DNA from: Terriglobia bacterium
GTDB taxonomy: Bacteria > Acidobacteriota > Terriglobia > 20CM-2-55-15
Direction: 5' to 3'
DNA length: 64,000 nucleotides
Assembly (NCBI GenBank): GCA_965198225.1
Contig: CBDAOY010000008.1
Location: 896,001-960,000 of the forward strand
In this document: piece after piece, positions 57,988 to 64,000 of the stretch
Layout of the letters: every line of letters starts with the position of its first letter
How positions within the stretch are numbered: the first letter of the stretch is position 1
Notes under the pieces: model-generated
The model's database searches: none
Seen by the model: only the letters and a program-made list of their open reading frames with translations
Told to the model about the DNA's origin: nothing
Position numbers and translations under genes: made by a program

Positions 57988-58815
57988 TCATTGCTTGGTG
58001 TACTCGAACCAGAAACTGACCTGGACGCTTCGTCCCCGAAATCCAGTCGGAAGCGGCGCCAGCGGACTGGATGCGAAGACGGCGCGTTGAGCTGAGCGGT
58101 CGAGGGAGCGATTTCCGCTAGTCTCGGAGATCTCGACGTTCGTAATCGAACCGTCACGCAGGATATCAAAACTCATGTAGATTCGCGGCGCTCGCCGAAG
58201 GTTTACGTCCACCGTCGACTGAAGCCAGTTCTCGGAGATCCTTCGAGTGATGGCCTCTACGTAGCCCCCGTACAGCTCTCCGAATGCACCCTCGCCGATC
58301 GCCCCGACGCCGGTGCCTTCTCCACCGGGCTGGCCGTAGTTGATGGCCGGACGACCGCCTTCGCCGAACGGAACGGCGTTGTCGACATCGGGTTCCGCCT
58401 CCGGTTCCGACTCATCGGGTGGGGGACCGGGCGGGGGAATGGTCTCGGGCGGAGGGGCTGGAGGTGTCGTTTCGAACGATGCCGTCGTCTCCGGGACCGG
58501 TTCGGCTTCCGGGACGGGTCCTTCCGGCGTCGGTTCCGACTCCACTGCGGGTTCCGGCTCCGATTCATGGAAACCGGCGGATTCGTTGGCAACGGCTTCA
58601 TCATTGACGACGGCCGGGGCCGGCAGCGGCACACCGGAGATGCTGGCAACGATCTGCACGCTCATTCCTTCACCCCCGGCGTTCTCTGAACCCCAACTGA
58701 TTCCACCGAAGGCGGGGAAGATCGCCGGAGACAGCACGACGATTGAGGCCAGAACGACATGCAGCAGGAGTGACATCAACACGCCGCGGTCGAAGCGCTC
58801 GTGGTCCCTCGTCAT
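57988..58815 (-). CDS. tolA: TolA/TonB-family energy transducer
   Basis: TM SLLLH, Pro/Glu-rich linker, C-domain SGNRSLDRSAQRAV..PLAPLP. Confidence 0.8.
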   Translation of the reverse strand: MTRDHERFDRGVLMSLLLHVVLASIVVLSPAIFPAFGGISWGSENAGGEGMSVQIVASISGVPLPAPAVVNDEAVANESAGFHESEPEPAVESEPTPEGPVPEAEPVPETTASFETTPPAPPPETIPPPGPPPDESEPEAEPDVDNAVPFGEGGRPAINYGQPGGEGTGVGAIGEGAFGELYGGYVEAITRRISENWLQSTVDVNLRRAPRIYMSFDILRDGSITNVEISETSGNRSLDRSAQRAVFASSPLAPLPTGFRGRSVQVSFWFEYTKQ

Positions 58816-59234
58816 TGAACGCCTTCGTTCAACGGCTGGGTCACGACACTGATGTTTTCGATACCCACCTGGTTCAGTCGGTCCATGACGACGGTGATCG
58901 TGCCAAAGGGAACCGATTCATCGGCCCTGAGGTAGACGCTCCGGCTGTCGGGATCGCTGATGCGGTCCAGGATCAGGGGCCCCAGCTCATTGATGTTGAC
59001 GCGTTCGTTCTGCAGGTAGAGGTACTGCTCGCGATCGATGGACACCACGAGTTTCTCTTCGGCCAGCTCGCGAACGACCTGTGTCCGGGGAACGTCTATA
59101 TCGATGCCGGATTGAATCACCGGAGCGGTAATCATGAAGATGATCAGGAGAACGAGCATGATGTCGATGAAGGGGATCATGTTGATCTCCGACAGTTCGG
59201 TCCTGGTTCTCCCTTCCCGCGTCGTAAACGCCAT
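58812..59234 (-). CDS. tolR: TolR/ExbD
   Basis: INMIPFIDIMLVLLIIFM, LRAD. Confidence 0.92.
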   Translation of the reverse strand: MAFTTREGRTRTELSEINMIPFIDIMLVLLIIFMITAPVIQSGIDIDVPRTQVVRELAEEKLVVSIDREQYLYLQNERVNINELGPLILDRISDPDSRSVYLRADESVPFGTITVVMDRLNQVGIENISVVTQPLNEGVQ

Positions 59235-59271
59235 CGTTACTCCTATGGCGAGTGAGCTGAACCGTTACAGA

Positions 59272-59982
59272 TCACTCCAGTCCGCTCCTCTCGGCCAGCG
59301 CCAGAAACTCGACTTGAAGATCATCCAGCTGGCCACCGAGGCTCCGGATCTCGGCCACGAAATAATTGTAGGCCACCACCGCGGGAATAGCTGCAAAAAG
59401 GCCGAAGGCCGTCGCGATCAGGGCCTCGGCGATTCCGGGTCCGACGGCGCTCAGGGTCGTCACATTTTGATTGGCCAGGCCGGCGAAGGATCCGATCACA
59501 CCCCAGACCGTGCCGAACAGGCCGATGAACGGCGTGACGGCCGCCGTCGTGGCCAGAAACGTCATCCGGGCCTCCAATTCCGTCAACTGCGCTGCCGACG
59601 CCCGGAGGAGCCCTCGCTGGACTGTCGTCGCGCTCGCTGCCCTCAGCAAGACCCCGTTGCTCTCGGGGGAGCGGATGGGACCAACCATTTCGAAACCGGC
59701 ATCGAAGACCGGGACAAGTGGAGTGAAGTGCAATGTCTCGCAGGCGGTGCTGATCTCCGACAGGCTGTGCCCCTTGCGAAAAATGCGCCAGAAGACCTCC
59801 GATTCCTTCCGGATCTTCCGGATAAGCAGGGTCTTGGAGATAATGACCCCCCAGGACCCGACTGAGAACACCAGCAGGATCACCAGGATGATTCGTGACA
59901 GCAGACCGGTGCTTTCCAGGAGCTCGACAATACTGGCACCGCCCTGCAGGATCATCGAGGCTGGGTATGTCATCGCGGTCAA
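59272..59982 (-). CDS. tolQ: TolQ/ExbB proton channel
   Basis: PFIGLFGTVWG, PGIAEALIATAFGLFAAIPA. Confidence 0.93.
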   Translation of the reverse strand: MTAMTYPASMILQGGASIVELLESTGLLSRIILVILLVFSVGSWGVIISKTLLIRKIRKESEVFWRIFRKGHSLSEISTACETLHFTPLVPVFDAGFEMVGPIRSPESNGVLLRAASATTVQRGLLRASAAQLTELEARMTFLATTAAVTPFIGLFGTVWGVIGSFAGLANQNVTTLSAVGPGIAEALIATAFGLFAAIPAVVAYNYFVAEIRSLGGQLDDLQVEFLALAERSGLE

Positions 59983-60138
59983 ACCAGGCCTCCTTCATGA
60001 CAGAGACGTCGCGGGCGCGCATTCGGTTGCCCGGCCGCAAGTAAATTTATCGTTCTTCGCGTCGTCACACGAAACGGTGTAGGCAGCGTCAGCTTCGTCA
60101 TTGCAAGACGTCGTTGGTTGACATATAAACGCTCAGGT

Positions 60139-61776
60139 ATGCTCCAGCTGCTCCGCGTCCGAAATTTCGCGCTCATCGATGAACTCGAACTGGAATTCGA
60201 AAAGGGCTTCAACCTCCTCTCCGGCGAAACAGGGGCCGGAAAATCCTTGATCGTCGACGCGCTTTCGCTCCTTGCGGGAGCGAAAGCATCACCCGACATG
60301 ATCCGAACTGGCGAGCAACGCGCCATCATCGAAGCCGTGTTCCAAGCTCCGGCGGACCTCGACCTGGAGTCGGTCGGCATCGATGCCGAAGACGACGAGG
60401 TCATCGTCAGGCGCGAGATCTCCTCGGGCAACAAGAACCGGGTCTACATCAACAGCCAGCCCAGCACTGTAGGCGCCCTTCGGGCTCTCGCACCCGCTCT
60501 TCTCGACATTCACGGGCAGCACGAACAGCAGACGCTGCTCAATGTGGGCCGCCAACTCGCTCTCATCGACCGCGCCAGCGACGCCGGAACCCTTGGCGAG
60601 CAGGTCCGTGCTTTCTACGACGCGCTACGACGTCTGGAAGACGAACTGTCGGCGCTGACGAGGGCGGAATCGGAAACACTGCAGCGCACCGACCTGTTGC
60701 GGTTCCAGCGCGACGAGATTGAAGGCGTCAACTCTCGGCGCGGCGAAACCGAGGACCTCCGGGAACGTGTCCGAGTCCTCGAGCACTCGGGGAAGCTGCT
60801 CGAAACCGCTTCCGACAGCTACCAGACGCTGTATGAAGCCGAATCCTCGGTGCTCTCGATGCTGGCGGCGGTCGAAAAGAGGCTGCGAGAAGTCGCCGCC
60901 TACGACTCGAGACTCGGGAGCATCGTCGAACAATCAGCGTCCGCAAGCGCCAGTGTCGAAGACATGGCCTTCGCCCTGCGGGACTACTTGCAGAACATCA
61001 ACGCGGATCCGGCCGAACTCGAACATCTCCAGGGCCGGCTTGCAGAGCTAGAGCGACTGCACCGCAAATACGGTCCGGATTTATTCGTACACTTGGCAAA
61101 AGTAATCCGGGAGCTGGACAATTTAGGTCTTACGGACACCAGGAAAACGGATATCAAGAGGCAGTTGACTGAGTTACGCGACAATTACGCCCGGGTGGCA
61201 GCGGAGCTTCGCGTCATTCGGCATCGAGTTTCGACGAAGCTGGAACAGTCTGTTACAGGAGAACTTCGGTCGCTGGCCATGCCGAGTGCGGACTTCTCGA
61301 TCCGCTGGGAGTCTATAGAGCCTTCCGCGACCGGTATCGATCTCCCGGTTCTTCTGCTGGCTCCGAACCCGGGCGAAGAGGCCGCTCCGCTTTCCCAGAT
61401 CGCTTCGGGCGGAGAACTCTCACGCGTCATGCTGGCCCTGCGGACGGTCATGGCAATGGATGGTGGGGATAAGTCGCTGGTTTTCGATGAGATCGACGCC
61501 GGAATCGGCGGGGAAGCCGCCGAGACCGTCGGGCGCAAACTCCGAGAGCTTTCCGCGTCCTACCAGGTCCTTTGTGTCACGCACCTGTCCCAGATCGCCC
61601 GTTTTGCCGATCACCACTACAGGATAGAGAAACTGGTCGTCGATGGCCGGACCGTGACGCGTTCAGAAACGCTGGATGGCACCGCACGCGTTGAGGAACT
61701 CGCCCGTATGATGAGCGGCCCCAACGTCAGTGACGCGGCCCGCCGCCATGTAAAGGAACTACTCAAGCGGCAATAA
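60139..61776 (+). CDS. recN: DNA repair protein RecN
   Basis: GETGAGKS, DIHGQHE, ASGGELSRVML, FDEIDAGIGG, VTHL. Confidence 0.97.
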   Translation: MLQLLRVRNFALIDELELEFEKGFNLLSGETGAGKSLIVDALSLLAGAKASPDMIRTGEQRAIIEAVFQAPADLDLESVGIDAEDDEVIVRREISSGNKNRVYINSQPSTVGALRALAPALLDIHGQHEQQTLLNVGRQLALIDRASDAGTLGEQVRAFYDALRRLEDELSALTRAESETLQRTDLLRFQRDEIEGVNSRRGETEDLRERVRVLEHSGKLLETASDSYQTLYEAESSVLSMLAAVEKRLREVAAYDSRLGSIVEQSASASASVEDMAFALRDYLQNINADPAELEHLQGRLAELERLHRKYGPDLFVHLAKVIRELDNLGLTDTRKTDIKRQLTELRDNYARVAAELRVIRHRVSTKLEQSVTGELRSLAMPSADFSIRWESIEPSATGIDLPVLLLAPNPGEEAAPLSQIASGGELSRVMLALRTVMAMDGGDKSLVFDEIDAGIGGEAAETVGRKLRELSASYQVLCVTHLSQIARFADHHYRIEKLVVDGRTVTRSETLDGTARVEELARMMSGPNVSDAARRHVKELLKRQ

Positions 61777-61844
61777 CTTGCAATTTCAGGGTCCTGGAAT
61801 ATACATTGCAAGGTGACGACACCGACAAGACCGAGGAGACAACC

Positions 61845-62327
61845 TTGGAAGTCGAGATGAAGATTCGGGGTCTGATGATGGACCCGATCACGAACATGCC
61901 GATCGTGATCCTCAAAGAAGCCACGGGTTCGGCAATCCTGCCTATCTGGGTCGGCGTGTCCGAAGCGAACGCGATCGCCCTGGAAATCGAGAAAGTCGTC
62001 ACCCCACGCCCGATGACGCACGACCTTCTGAAGAATGTCCTGATCGGCCTCGACAGCCACGTTCACAAGATCGTCGTGACCTCGATCAAGGACGACACAT
62101 TCTACGCCGTCATCTGGATTCAACGCGACGGGCAGCTGGTTTCCGTCGATTCCCGGCCGAGCGACGCTTTGGCCCTGGCGCTGCGGATCGACTGTCCGAT
62201 ACTCGTGGAGGACGAGGTCCTGCAGAACGCGAAGGGCCAGGCCAACGGCACCGAGAAAATCCCCAACGAAGAGCTCAAGCGTTGGCTCGACATGAACGAC
62301 GAGGACCTCGGCAAGTACAAGATGTAG
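61845..62327 (+). CDS. Bifunctional nuclease / DUF151 family protein
   Basis: LPIWVG..EA.AI, PRPMTHDL, DSRPSDALALA, LGKYKM; TTG start with SD GAGGAG. Confidence 0.92.
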   Translation: MEVEMKIRGLMMDPITNMPIVILKEATGSAILPIWVGVSEANAIALEIEKVVTPRPMTHDLLKNVLIGLDSHVHKIVVTSIKDDTFYAVIWIQRDGQLVSVDSRPSDALALALRIDCPILVEDEVLQNAKGQANGTEKIPNEELKRWLDMNDEDLGKYKM

Positions 62328-62373
62328 GTGTACAGGCTTACCCGCCGCGATACCAGCCTCAGCAGCAATCAGT

Positions 62374-62442
62374 GTAGGTGCGGTCTATGACCGCACTCCT
62401 TGTGGCTCCGCGGGCATCTGTGCGCTCATAGAGCGCACCTAC
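62374..62442. repeat. Inverted REP doublet (GTAG-type) between convergent genes
   Basis: GTAG-GTGCGGTC-TAT-GACCGCAC (62374-62396) and the reverse copy GTAG-GTGCGCTC-TAT-GAGCGCAC (62420-62442). Confidence 0.85.
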
Positions 62443-62451
62443 ACCGCAGGA

Positions 62452-63081
62452 TCAAGCGTCAATTCCGAGGATTCGCAATCCGGCGTTCTTGACCTTGTAC
62501 TGGCGGTTGATTGCGATCAACAACAGGGTCATCTGTTCAAGATAGCGCGCAGACGACAAGGGGCCGGCGTACACGGGGTGGAGACCGAAACCCTCAACGA
62601 GAGCCAGGACCTCCTCCTTTCGATCCCGCGGACCCGCTACCAGGATATCTGTCTCAACGTGTCTCTCGCGTAGAGTGTGGAAGGAAACCGTCTGGAACGC
62701 CGCGAATACCGCGGTCTCCCCGCCCAGGATTTCGCTTGCCTCTTCGGCTGCAGAACGTCCACTCCCGCTTCGTACCTGCTTCGGGTTTTCCGGATCGATC
62801 GGGACGGTGGCGTCGATCACGAGTTTGCCCCTCAGACCCGAGGCGAGCGGTTCGAGGGTCTGGCGGTGAGCGCCGTAGGGCACACTGAGAATGGCCGCTT
62901 CGCAATCGTTTGCCGCGGCAGCGTTCGACATGCCCCGGACCCGGGCGTCGATTGTCCGCGCTGTGTCTACGGCACGGCCGGCATCACGAGAACCGACAAT
63001 GACGTCATGGCTCGCAGACAGGGCCCGGGCAGCCAGGCCCTGTCCCAACTTTCCCGTACCCCCGATGACCGCAATCCTCAT
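62452..63081 (-). CDS. fno: NADPH-dependent F420 reductase
   Basis: IGGTGKLGQGLA, GSR, SVPY, GSAAE-like RSAAE, AAFQTVS, IN..YK...AGLRI; follows cofE. Confidence 0.88.
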   Translation of the reverse strand: MRIAVIGGTGKLGQGLAARALSASHDVIVGSRDAGRAVDTARTIDARVRGMSNAAAANDCEAAILSVPYGAHRQTLEPLASGLRGKLVIDATVPIDPENPKQVRSGSGRSAAEEASEILGGETAVFAAFQTVSFHTLRERHVETDILVAGPRDRKEEVLALVEGFGLHPVYAGPLSSARYLEQMTLLLIAINRQYKVKNAGLRILGIDA

Positions 63082-63809
63082 CTGAACAAATCCTCCTCCG
63101 GCGCTCGGACCAGAGCCGCCGCGTCCGAGCCGCCCGCGGACCACTCGTACCCGCGGATGCGGACCGCGGGGATGCCCTGTGCCTTACCCATCAGGAGGCC
63201 CGCAGCCGCAGCCAGCGCATCGGCGGCGCACAGCACCGTGGAAGACAGGCGATAGCCGAAGCGATCGGGGTGTCCTCTCAGGTCCAGCAGCGCGGCAGGT
63301 CCCGCAATCCCAATACAGACGTCGACCAGCCCTTCGCGCCACGGCCGGCCAAACGTGTCCGTGATGATAATGCCACACCCCAACCGTTCACGAAGTTGTC
63401 GAGCCGACCGGTCCGGGTCTCGGGGCAGCATCGTGACCGTGTCGGTCCCGTCGATGTTCGAGCGGTCCACACCGGCATTGGCGCAGACAAATCCATGGTG
63501 GGTCTCGGTGATGAGCAGTTCGGATCGTTGTCGGACGACGCGACGGCTTTCCCTGAGGATTACTTCGACTAAGCGGGCGTCTTTCATGACCGCCCGCGAC
63601 AGATCGAGCGCTTTCGCCGACGGCTGGACCTCATCGAGCTGAAGAATCCGGTTCTCCGCCTTGGACACCACCTTTTGCGTCACGGTCAGTATGTCGCCCT
63701 CGTCGAGATCGACCTTGTTCCGGGACATGGCCCCGCTCAGGGCCGATGCCAGGTCGTCGCCGGGGCGGATCTCAGGAACGCCGGAAAGCGGCAGAAGCTC
63801 GAGGCTCAT
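63078..63809 (-). CDS. cofE: Coenzyme F420-0:L-glutamate ligase
   Basis: PEIRPGDDL, KVVSKAE, CANAGVDRSN, DTFGRPWREG, L.MGK. Confidence 0.95.
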   Translation of the reverse strand: MSLELLPLSGVPEIRPGDDLASALSGAMSRNKVDLDEGDILTVTQKVVSKAENRILQLDEVQPSAKALDLSRAVMKDARLVEVILRESRRVVRQRSELLITETHHGFVCANAGVDRSNIDGTDTVTMLPRDPDRSARQLRERLGCGIIITDTFGRPWREGLVDVCIGIAGPAALLDLRGHPDRFGYRLSSTVLCAADALAAAAGLLMGKAQGIPAVRIRGYEWSAGGSDAAALVRAPEEDLFR

Positions 63810-64000
63810 CAGAGAGCACGCAGAGAACGCTCGGGGCCACCCCTGGACAGGTAGCTCCAGGTATGCGTATCGAGGGGACGGGTATCCATCAGGTCGAAAA
63901 GGTCTTTCGCCGTGTCGACATCAAAACGGATGCCCGGGATGTCGACGACATCGACGGACAAGCGAGAGGCTTGTGCGGAGGCGAGATGTCGGCGCAGGCT
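63809..64000 (-). CDS. cofC: C-terminus of a probable phospholactate/PEP guanylyltransferase (partial)
   Basis: Manual translation SLRRHLASA...IPGIRFDVDTAKDL...*; TGATG coupling to cofE. Confidence 0.65.
   Translation of the reverse strand, partial: SLRRHLASAQASRLSVDVVDIPGIRFDVDTAKDLFDLMDTRPLDTHTWSYLSRGGPERSLRAL

Overview
A GC-rich bacterial chromosome segment, probably from an Acidobacteriota genome. That placement is an inference from the Ig-insert Pal, the Asd-like pseudo-enzyme after psd-pssA, and a 'WFEELKERVPVP'-type kinase tail remnant. Most of the window is intact housekeeping genes: thiI-tmk-holB, ku-yggS-yggU, ccsA-hemA-hemC-hemD, trpS-scpA-scpB-rluB-hisC, rarA, tsaC, mutS, tsaB-rimI, psd-pssA, guaA, dnaE-accA, msrPQ, the tol-pal cluster with ssb and yajQ, recN, and an F420 cluster (cofC-cofE-fno) at the right edge. 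Three accessory zones interrupt this. (i) A partial IS256 at the left edge. (ii) A retroelement hotspot at about 6.1-10.1 kb. It holds a twintron of two ORF-less group II introns, with the inner one inserted in the conserved domain III motif of the outer. It also holds a third degenerate intron remnant, an intact fatty-acid desaturase and a collapsed hydrolase. (iii) A transport and arsenic islet at about 45-54 kb, with arsR-arsM-MFS, TMEM175, CDF, a K+ channel broken by a 28-bp insert, and an M48 protease pseudogene. Other notable signals are many -10 boxes 6-12 nt from start codons (leaderless or near-leaderless mRNAs), a secreted helical protein with a terminal CxxCH and an M29-fold protein lacking most metal ligands (both downstream of the heme operon), and several MITE/REP-like palindromes that overlap stop codons. 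No rRNA, tRNA or CRISPR array was seen. All calls come from reading motifs by eye; no database searches were run.
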